Source: Chrysomallon squamiferum
Taxonomy: Eukaryota > Animalia > Mollusca
Assembly: GCA_012295275.1 (NCBI GenBank)
Contig: CM022673.1
Span: 23,808,001 to 23,872,000 of the forward strand
DNA length: 64,000 nucleotides
Direction of reading: 5' to 3'
The notes under the pieces are model-generated. The model was not told the DNA's origin. It was given only the letters and a program-made list of their open reading frames with translations, and did not search any database. Of the stretch, positions 27,500 through 40,691 are shown one piece after another; position 1 is the stretch's first letter; each line of letters starts with the position of its first letter. A program made the translations under genes and the position numbers.

Positions 27500-27589
27500 G
27501 TATTCTGTGTTTAAGTAAACATGTCTCTGTGTAAACATGTCTCTAAGTAAACACGTCTCTGTGTAAACATGTCTCTGTGTAAACATGGC
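27500..27589. repeat. Short 16-bp tandem repeat immediately after the PTP stop codon
   Basis: gtaaacatgtctctgt, about 5 copies. Confidence 0.8.
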
Positions 27590-30500
27590 TCAGTCTGTGA
27601 GGTAAGCCTCGTCCAGCTGACTCTCCGTTGAGTAAACCTCTTCCAGCTCACGCTCATACTCACAGAGAATCTGATGTATAAACTCATACTGCTCATGTGT
27701 CTGAATCATCCCTCCTCTGTAAAACAACAAACACTTTCAACGTTGAAACCAACTGCAGTCAGTTAATAATTATCAGGTTCAAAAACCATATTAAACAATA
27801 AGATAAACTAACTGAAACATTTTTCATTACATTAATTCTTCACAATCTAACAGTTTTTGTTTATTATTATTATTATTTTTTTTTTAAATATTTGTTTTTA
27901 AATCACTGGTTAAAATTGATTAACTGGTGCTCTACAAAACTCACCTGTCTGGACTACAGAATTACAATCCAGTACACAACATACAACACACTTGTCTACA
28001 TTACACACCAGTACACAACTCACCCATCTACATTACACACCAGTACACAACTCACCCGTCTACATTATACACCAGTATACAACTCACCTGTCTACATTAC
28101 ATACCACACAACAGTATACACCAGTATACAACTCACCACCAGTCAACTCACCTACATTACACACCAGTACACAACTCACCCGTCTACATTATACACCAGT
28201 ATACAACTCACCTGTCTACATTACACACCAGTATACAACTCACCTGTCTACATTACACACCAGTACACAACTCACCTGTCTACATTATACACCAGTATAC
28301 AACTCATCTTGTTAAAAAAGGTACATTTGACAATTCTTCATACAGTACACAATTCATCTTGTACATTACACACCAGTACACAACTCACCTGTCTACATTA
28401 TACACCAGTACACAACTCATCTGTCGACATTATGCACCAGGATACAACTCATCTTGTTAAAAGGTACATTTGACAATTCTTCATACAGTACACATTCATC
28501 TTGTACATAACAGTACACACCATGTCTCCACTATTTAAAAAAGTACTCATCTTGTATGTTACACACCAGCAGAAAACTCACCAATCTACATTACACACAT
28601 TGTCTAGACTACATGTGTACTTAATTCAGCTGTCTATTGTACACACCTATATACAAATCACCTGTCTATTGTACACATCTGTATATAACTCACCTGTCTA
28701 ATCTCATACTGCACACAATTCCTAGTACGTCAACTGAATGTTCTTCTCTCAACTGTCTAACTCCAATAGATGCCCCAACAAAACAGCCTGTCCTGCCAAT
28801 TCCAGCACTGGTCAAAACAAACAACATAATTCAAAATAATTTACACTTACAAACAAACAACATAGTTTAGAATAATTTAAACATACAGAAATAATTATCA
28901 ACAGTATAATAACATTCTGTTGAAAATGATAATAACAATGATTACAAATTTAATTCAAAATGATTTCTGCACAAGGCAAAATTTTGTGTTTAAAAAACAA
29001 ATTACATATTCTTCTGTTCAATGGAGACAAATTTGTTAATTTCTCCAAAGGCTGGCAGAAGTGTGATACATACCTGCAGTGAACAACAACTGGACCTTTA
29101 GGAGTGACACCATTACTTTTATATCTACGCAGATCCACCTCCTTGATCAGCTCCACCAACATGCGTGGGTTGTCAGGTGGCTTGTGATCCGGCCACGACG
29201 TGTACCAGAAGTGTAACAGACTCAGACACTCTCCATGACACTGTAACATCGTCATACACATCATCACAAAGTCACATCAGACATTTGAAAACATTTACAA
29301 CCATAAAATAAATAATCAAAATTAGTACCAATATGAAAATTAATATGATATAGAACAATCAATCTCTTACCCACAGTGAAAAAATTGGCAAAATCAAGTT
29401 CATTCTCATCAATAACATAAAATATCTCTCTTATTAACATTTATTTTTATTAAAATATGCACAATAATATTATACTCTTACCCGCAGTGTGAGATGCCGT
29501 AAAATATATCCATTTTTCTCAATTATTTTTTCAATAAATACTTCAATGTCACCAAAAATGCCATAACGCTCAGGAAGATAATTTTCACATTTAGGCTGGA
29601 ACAGAAGTAAAATATATTTTAGAAAATTTTATTTTTTGTCATCATGAACAACAAAAACTTTACTTTAAAACCCAAACCATTTTATTTATTTCTGAGAAAA
29701 TTATTTGAGTGACAACAGCTCCAGTAATTTCTTACTTGATGACAGTTACAAAAAAAAAAATTGTATTTAATTGTTACAAATGGTAATAACATTGAGAACT
29801 TTTATCACTCATTGTTAATATATATAGTATTTTGCACTTTTTTTTTAACTTTCTAAAAAAATTTTTGTTGGTATCAAAAAAAAAAAACAATTTCACTTAC
29901 TTTATTTTTCTCTTTCAGCTTGGTGATCATAACAATTATAGGTGCTTTCTCAAACCACACTAGTCTCCAGAAGTCTACAATTGTGTGAGACATAGGCCCC
30001 TGGGTGGCAATGTAAGCATTCGGCTCACCCTCATATCCCTGTAACAACATTTATACAACAGACATTTACTATTTACATTAGAAACAAATAACAGTTAACA
30101 ATGTACACAGAGAGAACAATGAAAACGTTTAACTAATAAACCTTATTCTGCAGTTAGCTAGTTAATAAATAATTTTATATCAACATATTTTCTGTGTCTG
30201 CAATGTTACAACATCAGCTAAGACATATGTAGTTGGTTCATTCCATGCCAAAACAACCAAATTCCAGAAAATTTTCTAGGTGAACATCTCCACTTTTGTT
30301 AACATTCCACTCATTCATGCATCTGTATAAATGATGTATGCATATGCAAAATTTTGGGACAAAAATTTTGTTGGTTTTGAAATTATGGTGGATCAAATGA
30401 AGCTTTGAAAAATAGTTTGAAAAACTTGACATAGTCACTAGTGCCAAAAATGGGATGATGGGGCTAATAACTTTATTTATTATAAAGATACTGAGCTGCA

Positions 30501-33500
30501 ATTTGCTGTGTTGCATATTTCATTTGATACTTATATTTTTTCATATTTTGGAGGTCTATTACTGTATGATTATTTGTCATAGATAAAAACAGTCAACTGA
30601 TTTGAAATATGGACATTTCTTTATGGGAAAGATTATCTGAATCTAGTAAAATATTAACATGTAGTTAGGGTCCAAAGTTGAGGAAAAAAATATAAAATAC
30701 AAAAAATATGCCAAAAATGAGACCACCACAATTTCAAAACTAATAACAATTTTGTACCAAAAATAATTTTCTGCCTGTCCAGTGTTTGTTATATCAATGA
30801 ATTATATGCAGATGTATTTTCTGCATCTGGAGTATTTGTTATAACAATTAATTACATGTAGTTGTATTTTCTGTGTCTGTTATAACAACAGCTAAGTGTA
30901 TGTGTTTCTTACTCTGATATAATTTGCATTGATGTAAGAGGACAGTGGATCACTTTCCTCATCTGGCAGTATAACACGAGAATGTTCATCTGAAAAACAA
31001 AATACTTCTCTTTATTTTTTTGGTATTATTTTATAAATTTAATTTTTTTTTCTTTCAGTGACTTAAATTTAAGACTGAGCTAATTAGGATATTCTATCAG
31101 TGTATGTGTGTGTGTTTAAGATGTGCATGTTTACATTTTTCAGTTTTTATACATACTTACTACCAGATTGTTATTAGGAACAATGGAGTCTTCTCTTGAT
31201 ACTTAAAGAACAATGGGTTTTTTCCAGATTATTGCCATGAATAATTAAGTTGTTTTTTTCTCTAATTTCTACCAGAAATAAAATTTTGTTTTGTTTTGCT
31301 TTGTTTATTTTCTAGATATTTACTAGGAATGTTTTTTTCTCTAGAAACGTAACAGGAATAATTCTGTTTTTTTTTTTATACTCACTAGGAATGATGGTTT
31401 TGTATCTGTTTTTCATTCCTGACCCAGCCACAGAAACCTTCTCTGGGTGATTCATTGGAATCTCCTATAACAAAAATACAAAGACTGTGACCAACTCAAA
31501 TCATTTAACAAAATAATCTGTATTATACATACTTTTCACAGATTAAGGATCTAACAGTGACAAATTAAGATAGATTACCCAGAATTCTTCATACAGGGTG
31601 ATTGGCATTTTCACAGCATTACGCAGATCTCTTCGACTCAGCCGATTTCCCGCAGACAGCAGAAACTCCAACCCTGACCTAAATAAAAGCAACAACATTT
31701 TATAAAACCATTCCAATTACAATACATTAAATCTCACTTCCATACACATAAAGGAAACTTTACAAATTTCAATAATTTTTTTAATAACATTATTTATAAA
31801 AAAAATAAAAATAAAAATATAAAAATAAAAAAATAAAAAAAATAAAAAAAATAAAAATAATAATAATAATAGTAAAAAAGATACTTAAAACAGATTCATT
31901 GACACTTTTAAATATAATAATTAGTTTAATTGTCACAACAGACAATTATGTACACAGATTAACAACATTAACTACACTTTAATGCTAAAAGAACTTTAAT
32001 GTTTCAACATACGTTTCTTTGGGTGGAGTTCCATTCCACCTCATTGTGTCTGGGGGGTTGAGATCAATTGTCAGTGATGCATTTGATCCCCGTCTGCTAT
32101 AAATGTAAAATAAATAAATCAAAGTAAATACTTTGTCAAACTACTGGTGTCAAAATACTGCACACAACAGGGTTGAAGTGTTGAGTAAACATACACTTAC
32201 TGTACTTTTATTGCTTTAACCACAACTCAGAACCTGCCTTTGCTAACAAAGTATAACTACACTATAACAAACACTTCTGTAATGTCTAAACATGACAGAA
32301 AAATTGAAAAAATTAAATATATGTAGAAAGAATGGCTAACATTACACTATAACCAAAACCTGCCTTTGCTAACAAAGTTACAAGTGTAACTACACTATAA
32401 CAAACACTTCTGTAATGTTTAAATATGACAGAGAAATGTAAAAAAAAAAAATATATGTGTAGAAAGAAAGGCTAACATTACACTATAACCAAAATCTGCC
32501 TTTGCTAACAAAGTATAACTACACTATAATAAACACTTCTGTAATGTTTAAATATGACAGAGAAATGTAAAAAAATAAAATATATGTGTAGAAAGAAAGG
32601 CTAACATTATACTATAACCAAAACCTGCCTTTGCTAACAAAGTATAACTACACTATAATAAACACTTCTGTAATGTTTAAATATGACAGAGAAATGTATA
32701 AAAAAAAAAAATATGTAGAAGTGAAGGCTAACACTACACTATAACAAACACTTCTGTAATGTTTAAATATCATAAATATGACAGATAAACGTAAAAAAAA
32801 GCAAATATATAGAAGTGAAGGATAACACTACACTATAACCAACCTCTCAAGTAAACCTTTAGACTTTGCTCTTGTAGGTTGAGCAGCAACAACAGGCATT
32901 GAGCTCTGAGCTATAAACACTGGACTGCTCTCAGGCTGCACTGCCAGGGGTCCATCATCTCTGGCTTCAGTGTTGGGTAAAATATCTGCTGATTAACAAC
33001 ATCATCTTCTTTTGCCATTTTCTCATCAATTCGACAACAGCACAGATAAATCTGTAATAAACACTTTATGTAATAAACACTTTATCACCTACAAATATGT
33101 TACTTCTGTCTCAGATAGATCTGTAATGAAGTGAACACTTTATGTTTTTCATCTATACAACATTAATTGAAATCACTTGAAGATCCCATATTAAAAAAGC
33201 TAAGGCCATAGAGAAAATACTTTATTGTTAGTAATGTATCACAGCATGTTTTGCAGTGACTAAGTGTTAGTGAGATGAATTGTAGTCAAGCATTCAGAAT
33301 TACCTTTTAATTATATTACCATTTTTTTTTTTATGTAACTGTTTTTATGAATTAATATAGTAAAACAAATAAGTTTAACGGTTCAAACTATAACATTTTA
33401 AGACACAATTCAAAGAAAATTAAATATTTGATGTATCATTAGAATATAATTATAAATGAAAGTAAAATATATATATATATGTGTATATATAAAAACAAAG

Positions 33501-36500
33501 TTACAAAACTTACAATTAGGATAAGCAGTAGCAGTACTATTAAACAGACTGCTGCAGTGATGTATGGGAAAAATGGCTGCATCCATAATGGAATTGAATA
33601 TGTCTTTATGTAAATTCCATGCTGAAAGAGAAAAATACAACACAGAAATATTAAAAAAATAAAAATAATAATAATTAACTTGACACCTAACATTAAAAAG
33701 AATTAAATGTAAAGTTTCTCATTTAAAAACAAATTTAAATACTTATTGCAGATAATGTCAATTTTAATACATTACTAGCAAGAATGGAAACACTTAGACT
33801 ACTTGTTAGAGATGTATTCAGAACATAAAGAACAAGATGTTGTAGATGTCAGTACTTACATCAGCTATGATGTTGGTGATGTTCAGTTCTGGAGCAGCAT
33901 GCTGAACTGACAGAAGCAGCTGTGGCTGCAGAACATCCTGCGCTGGTATGAGATCATCTGAGTGGACGATGTGACCACTGGGTCCATTCTTCAGAAAATA
34001 CAGACCTATTACATTTCCAGCCAGCTGTTAAAAAATACAAAACACAAAATGGATATTTGTACAAATAAATGCATTTTATTATTAACCATTAAAATATGTT
34101 GAACTACTTATTTTGAAAATCAAAGTTTTGTTGACTTGTATTTGATAGGAAGATGCTCCTGACCTCCAAGAAACTCAGCTAAAACCTAAGTCTTATCTTT
34201 CTGTATTAGGATATGTATGTTACTATAATGCTACACACATGCCTCTATATAACTTTATATTAGTCTACACACAAAACTGTGTATTAGATTACACATATAA
34301 CACTATATTTGCCTACACACATAACTCCATAGTAGTCAACAAACTTAACTCTGTATTAGCTAAACACATAACTTGATGTTGGCCTACATCATGTCGGTTT
34401 ATTTTACAAAAATTGTTATTTTGTCACAAATCAGAAAGACTGGGTAATACTTACACTGATTTTATCCACTCTGATATTTCTAATTGGCCACTTCAACACC
34501 TTGGCAAACGCATTACGCAGCTCACTGACAACATCGTCAATGGAACGGTTTGGTGCCTTCATTGAAATACCTAGAGTCTGAAACAAAATCATTTCAGTAT
34601 ATGTAAACTGCAAAACAGTTAAATGTAAAATAAGAATATATATATAATACTTTTCATCTGTTTTGTTATACTTTATATTTACTAATTTCTTTTACATTTG
34701 AAATCATCAACAAATGAACAAAGTTAGATTCATCTTTTCTAACCAACATTTACACAGAAATCTAATTCAACATTATGTTTATATGGTAACCTAATTTAAC
34801 ATTATATTTACACTGTAACCTAATTTTACATTATGTTTACACAGTAACCTAATTTAACACTGGGGTGGGGTGTCATTAAACATTCATTCACTCATTCTGT
34901 AACCTAATTTAACATTGTGTAACCTAATTTAACATTGTGTTTACACAGTAACCTAATCTGACATTATGTTTACATGGAAACTTAATTTAACACAATGTTA
35001 CATGGTAAACTAATTTTACATTATGTTTACACTGAAACCTAATTTAACTTTATGTTTACACAGTAACCTAATTTAACATTATGTTTACATGATAACGTAA
35101 TTTAACACTGTCTTTACTCAGTAACCTAATTTAACATTATGTTTACACAGTAACCTAATTTAACATTGTGTTTTCACAGTAACATAATTTACCATTATAT
35201 TTACACAGTAACCTAATTTAACATTATGTTTACATGGTAACCTAATTCAACATTATGTTTATATAGTAACATAATTTAACATGTGTTATTGACACAGAAT
35301 CAAGTTAAGAAACACTGTGTGTGTGTGTGTATCAGTGTTAATTCCTCACACTATACTGATTACACTAATTGGTTCATACAGCCTGCAGCTTCATCGTGTA
35401 TGACACACTGCAGCACTGCAGTTACTTCTCACGCAGACAACTCCCAAGGCAAAGACAATTCACCAATAAAACAAAAATTAAAAACGCACTGAGTACTGAC
35501 AGACATTCTATTATTATTTGCTATTATTATTATCATTACCATCATCATCATCCAATTTAATATGGTTCAGTTTACATGACAATGGTATCACTACACCAGT
35601 CTGTATCTCTGATCAGTAATCTCACTGTACCAGTCTGTATCACTGATCAGCTATATTATTATACCAGTCTGTATCACAGATCAGTAATATCATTATACCA
35701 GTCTGTATCACAGAGTTGTAATATCACTATACCAGTCTGTATCACAGATCAGCTATATCATTATACCAGTCTGTATCACTGATCAGCTATATCATTATGC
35801 CAGTCTGTACCACAGATCAGTAATATCACTATACCAGTCTGTATCACAGAGTAGTAATATCACTAAACCAGTGTAACACAGATCAGTAATATCACTATAC
35901 AAATCTGTAACACTATACCAGTCTGTATCACAGATCAGTAATATCATTATTCTGGTCTGTATCACTGATCAGCTATATCATTATGCCAGTCTGTACCACA
36001 GATCAGTAATATCACTATACCAGTCTGTATCACAGAGTAGTAATATCACTAAACCAGTGTAACACAGATCAGTAATATCACTATACAAATCTGTAACACT
36101 ATACCAGTCTGTATCACAGATCAGTAATATCATTATTCTGGTCTGTATCACAGATCAGTAATATCACTAAACCAGTCTGTATCACAGATCAGTAATATCA
36201 TTATTCCGGTCTGTATCACAGATCAGTAATATCACTAAACCAGTGTATCACAGATCAGTAATATCATTATGCTGGTCTGTATCACAGATCAGTAATATCA
36301 CTGTACATATCTGTATCACAGATCAACAACATCACTTCAGTTCTGTAATAGATGCATTCCACAAGTTAATGTGCTCATTGATTTTGTATCCAATAACCAT
36401 TACTTTGCAGTGACACTTTTTATTTTTATTTTTTTATCAATGGTAATGGTACATGTGGACTTTTTTCTTTCTTGTTTTGTTTATTATTATTATTTTTTTT

Positions 36501-38585
36501 TTAAAATTAATATTTTTTAGTTCTGCAGAAAATATGTTACAGAATAATTATAAATATATAAATATTGGGTTTTATAACAAACTATACTTCTTTGGTGTGA
36601 TGCATCACTTGATTACAGATGCCTGCTCTCCTCATCTTCCTATGTTCAGTATTAAACACAGATCTCATTACATTAAACACAGCTACAGCTCTTCTTTCAT
36701 TAAACATATTAAGTATTAATTATTTAAACATGACTGTTACAGTTCTTACAGATGTTCCTACATTACACATTAGTTATTTAAATAACACAACTATTTCATT
36801 CGCCTGGGGGATTTTCTGCCAAATGCCAGCTTGCATATACATGCAAGCAATTACAGGCTGGCCATTAGCAGTGTTGCTGCCAGTACAAAATAATAAAGTA
36901 ATGAAAAACTAAATGAGTATATACAGTACATGACGACCAGGCTTTGACTGTATAGTCAGTATCATAGTATGACAACACCTAAGTATCCTGAATTACAGTT
37001 TTAATATTTATTGTATATATTTAATCAATCTGTATATATCTCATATATAAAACTGACATTTGATATTAAATAGAGTTTAGTAAAACACCCAATCATACTC
37101 TCAAAAACATACACACACATATGTATAAAACTGTATGTGAAAAATAACAGTAAGAAATGAAACACTCTGTTGACTTTAAGCTATATACAATGTCACAGAG
37201 GTGTTGATTTTAAGCTATATAAAGTGTGTGTTGATTTTTAAACAACATGTAATGTGTGTTGATTTGAAATAATGTACACTGTGTTGATTTTAAGCTATAT
37301 ATACTACATGTTGATTTTATATATGCACTGTGTTGATTGTAAGCTATATATGCCATATGGTTGATTATAAACTACATACACTGTGTGTTGATTTTAAGCT
37401 ACATATACTGTGTCTTCATTCATTCACACATGTGGCACCAACATTAAATTTCAGTCAACATAAAGACAACCGCTGCCCCAATGTACAGTTAATAGCATTA
37501 TTCTGTTGTCCAAAGTGTCAGTTTAAAAAAGAAAAAAAAATTACAAATTTATTAACAGGAAAAATGTACATCTACTACATACACATATAATAAATGAAAC
37601 AAGCAATTGAAGTATTAGTGGCTGAGAATTGCAATCTTCAGTGTAATATTAAATGTGAGGTTACTACTATTTGTTTAACTTGTTTTCTTCAGAAGCATGG
37701 CAACAACAAATAAATGTCTACACCCCCATCTTTTAAATGACCTAAGATAAATAATGCCAAATACATCATTACAGGAATACTTGCGGACAAATGGATATGT
37801 ATTGATTTATTTTTCTTATATGACATGCCCGTAACATCGAAACACAGTTGAAGACTAGCTTAATATCTGCATACTGTACACTGCAATTAGCAAGAGCAGT
37901 GTGCCTGGTGTTGTACAGCAAAGTCCATACACAGCTGTCATACCAAACTCCACACCACTGTCAGCTGTACTTTTATTTAACCATGTTTATTAATGCTGTC
38001 AGCTGAACTTTATTTAACATGTTTAATGCCTCTGTCAGCTCTACTTTTATTTAATGTTTAATACCTCTGTCAGCTGTATTTTTATTTAACATGTTTAATA
38101 CCATTGTCAGCTGTACTTTTATTTAAAGTGTTTATTACCACTGTCAGCTGTACTCATACTTAACGTTTAATACCACTGTCAGCTGTACTTTTATTTAATA
38201 TGTCTATTACCACTGTCAGCTGTACTTTTATTACTACTGTGACCTGTAATTTTATTTAACTTATTAATTATTTATGACCACTATCAGCACTGAACTTTAA
38301 TATTTCATATTTCAAAAAACATTTTGAACGTATACAAATTTAAATGATTTGACAAGGATATTGTCCATTCATATAAATCATTAACTTTTATTTCTTACCC
38401 TGCTATTTGTTTATATTGTTTATCATGTGTTATTATTTAGCTTTGTCTTCCGTTTCTCTAATTTATCTCTCTCTTTTAAAATTGTAACTATTGTTTTGTA
38501 GTTTTCAGTGGGAATTATGATGTAGTTTTTATAATAATAATAATAATAACAATAACAAAACAATAACAATAACAATAACAATAAC

Positions 38586-38626
<41 letters not shown>

Positions 38627-39534
38627 TTATTATTATTATTGTTTTTGTTTTGTTTTGTTTTTTCAATTTCTTTCTTGGTTGTTGTTTTGTTTTTTATTTT
38701 TCAAAACAATATATTTTAATAGTTCTGTATACAAGTCATAATCCAGTAAGTTAAACAAACACATCTAAAAATGTATGTTTCTGTCTAGAAATCAATTCAT
38801 ATTTTAAACTGGATAAATTTAAATGGAAAAAATTAAATATATTTATCATGAAATGTCTACTTTAAAAATATATTTAATAAGAAACAGGTTGGTTAAGTAT
38901 CATATGAAAGTTTAACATGCAGAGTATGTAAAATGATGGTCATCAACCTATGACTGGCTAGTCCAATGGACCTTTGCTGTCTTGTACAAAATGTTATAAA
39001 CAATCTATTACTCTAATTATCTGAAGCAGTATGAAAACAATTCCTAAAACACATTTTAATTTTTATTTATTTTTTCTTTCTTCCTTTCTTTTTATTAACC
39101 AATGAATATTCTAAAAGAAACCTCATGAAATACTCTCACTAACAGAGATATATTTTTTATTTTCTACAAATCAAATACCACATGTTCAAGCAATACACAA
39201 ATGTGTATATGTGGATATATATATATATATATATATAAAAAAAAATGTACTTGTATGAAAAATGATTGTATTGGTTAATCTGCCAAACAAAATCCATATT
39301 GCACTACAACAGACAAATATAGTTTTTAAAACTAATGTTACAACTTATACAGGTTCGTACATCCTTTTTTTAAATCTTATTTTGTAAAATTCAATAAGTT
39401 GAAAAACTAACAAACCCATCCAGTTTAGTTAAATTGTGATCACTCTGAAACCACCATAAAATGGCAATATATTGGTTATACACAGGAGATTTTTATTATT
39501 ATTTTCTTATAATTTACTTATTTATTATTTTATA

Positions 39535-39574
<40 letters not shown>

Positions 39575-39659
39575 TGTTTTAAAAAGGTCATGTGAAACTG
39601 TATAAACCATATTGATGATATTCTATACAGATTTTTTATTTTATTTTCTTTATATTTAA

Positions 39660-39699
<40 letters not shown>

Positions 39700-40691
39700 A
39701 TAAAAAAAAATAAAAAAAAAAATAATAAAAAAAATAAAGGTATGGTTTCAGTTATCATTGACAAATGACTCAAATAAATGAATATAAGAAAGGAAAAGGT
39801 GTTGATTTGGCAGGCTAACCAGTGATTAGACAGTTTTATATAAGATTTTATACATGACAAAATACTGAATAACATTTATTATAACAAGGGAGAAGGGGTA
39901 AACCCAACTTTAAGACTACTCTTGACATTTTATTAGTCTGTTAGTCGTAATTTAGTGTCAATTTTGGTAAATGTAAAGGTTTTGAAAAATAATAGATTAA
40001 TAATAATACATACAATCAATGAAAGAGTAAGGGAAAATCACGAGGCGGGAACTGACACAGTGACAGCTACATTCAACATTGAATACAAACGAACACTCAT
40101 ACTCAGTCACAGCTTAGTTATCACACCCATGCATGCACATACATACCGTCATGATAGATGCACATGTGCTTGAATCATATTTAGTGAACCGGACATGAAA
40201 AAATATAAACAGAAAAATATAACTTACCACAACAGTGATATATTTTGGAGGAATGGGTGTAGTAATTGCCTTATTTCTTGGCACGGTTCTCTTTCTAATC
40301 GTTTTTTTCTCTCCTTCATTTCCACGTTTTCTTCCAAACACAGAACCTTCTTCCTTTTCATTTGTTCTAGAATGTTTATTGTGGTACGGATTAATCCGTT
40401 CGGGTAAATGTCGTACAGTGTTTGATTTGTAAAAATGTGTAATCTTATTTCCATTTTCGTGATAGAGAGATCGGGCATGACCACTTCCCACTGAAATGAC
40501 AGATGTCTCGATAAATATAATGATGTCATCACAACACCATTGAGGTGCAATTAAACAAGGAAGTAAAATAATCACTGACCATTAAGACGAATGTATGTAT
40601 CAAAAAGAAATATCGTCTTACCTGTAAATACAAGCCCAAGCAGCATCAAGTAAATAAAACTTGGTAAATTTGCAGGAACAACCGATTCCAT
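27590..40691 (-). CDS. PTPRR: Receptor-type KIM-containing protein tyrosine phosphatase (PTPRR/PTPN5/PTPN7 family). Exons: 40691-40622, 40490-40228, 34577-34455, 34024-33860, 33621-33514, 33051-32844 (1-nt frame break), 32093-32013, 31678-31579, 31464-31386, 30989-30913, 30038-29901, 29595-29482, 29240-29074, 28807-28694, 27716-27590
   Basis: Signal peptide (MESVVPANLPSFIYLMLLGLVFT), basic RKR sites, TM helix (PFFPYITAAVCLIVLLLLILI) and KIM GLLERRGSNASLTIDL. The single PTP domain has intact catalytic motifs: KNRYKTIIP, YINANYIRGY, YIATQGP, WYTSWPDH, VVVHCSAGIGRTG, DRGGMIQTHEQYEF. The symbol marks the family; this is probably a co-ortholog of the three vertebrate genes. Confidence 0.92.
27935..28700. 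repeat. 32-bp minisatellite built from a PTP splice donor
   Basis: Unit caactcacctgtctacattacacaccagtata; its reverse complement contains TAGACAG|GTGAGTT, the real junction at 28694/28693. Confidence 0.95.
32230..32843. repeat. ~125-135-bp tandem repeat abutting a PTP donor
   Basis: About 4-5 copies of aacctgcctttgctaacaaagtataactacactataa...ctaacattacactataacca. Confidence 0.92.
34740..35282. repeat. 29-bp minisatellite
   Basis: Unit cagtaacctaatttaacattatgtttaca. Confidence 0.95.
35585..36330. repeat. 34-bp minisatellite
   Basis: Unit ccagtctgtatcacagatcagtaatatcactata, with higher-order duplicated blocks. Confidence 0.95.
37165..37410. repeat. Degenerate ~28-bp minisatellite
   Basis: Recurrent tgtgttgattttaagctata. 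Confidence 0.85.
37955..38295. repeat. ~36-bp minisatellite
   Basis: Unit ccactgtcagctgtacttttatttaacatgtttaata. Confidence 0.92.

Noticed and set aside
27892-28473. Long His/Thr/Tyr-rich ORFs on the + strand
   Set aside because: They are translations of the 32-bp minisatellite, antisense to a PTP intron.
30230-30520. Possible DNA-transposon fragment with a 92-aa ORF
   Set aside because: No matching terminal repeat or transposase motif visible.
749-38295. Regular 29-42-bp repeat arrays that superficially resemble CRISPR arrays
   Set aside because: Units are head-to-tail with no unique spacers, there are no cas genes, and they lie in spliceosomal introns of an animal genome.
40224-40550. 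108-aa alternative-frame ORF overlapping PTP exon 2
   Set aside because: Splice phases (1 in, 0 out) fit only the VGSGHARS...YITVV frame; the alternative frame has no independent support.
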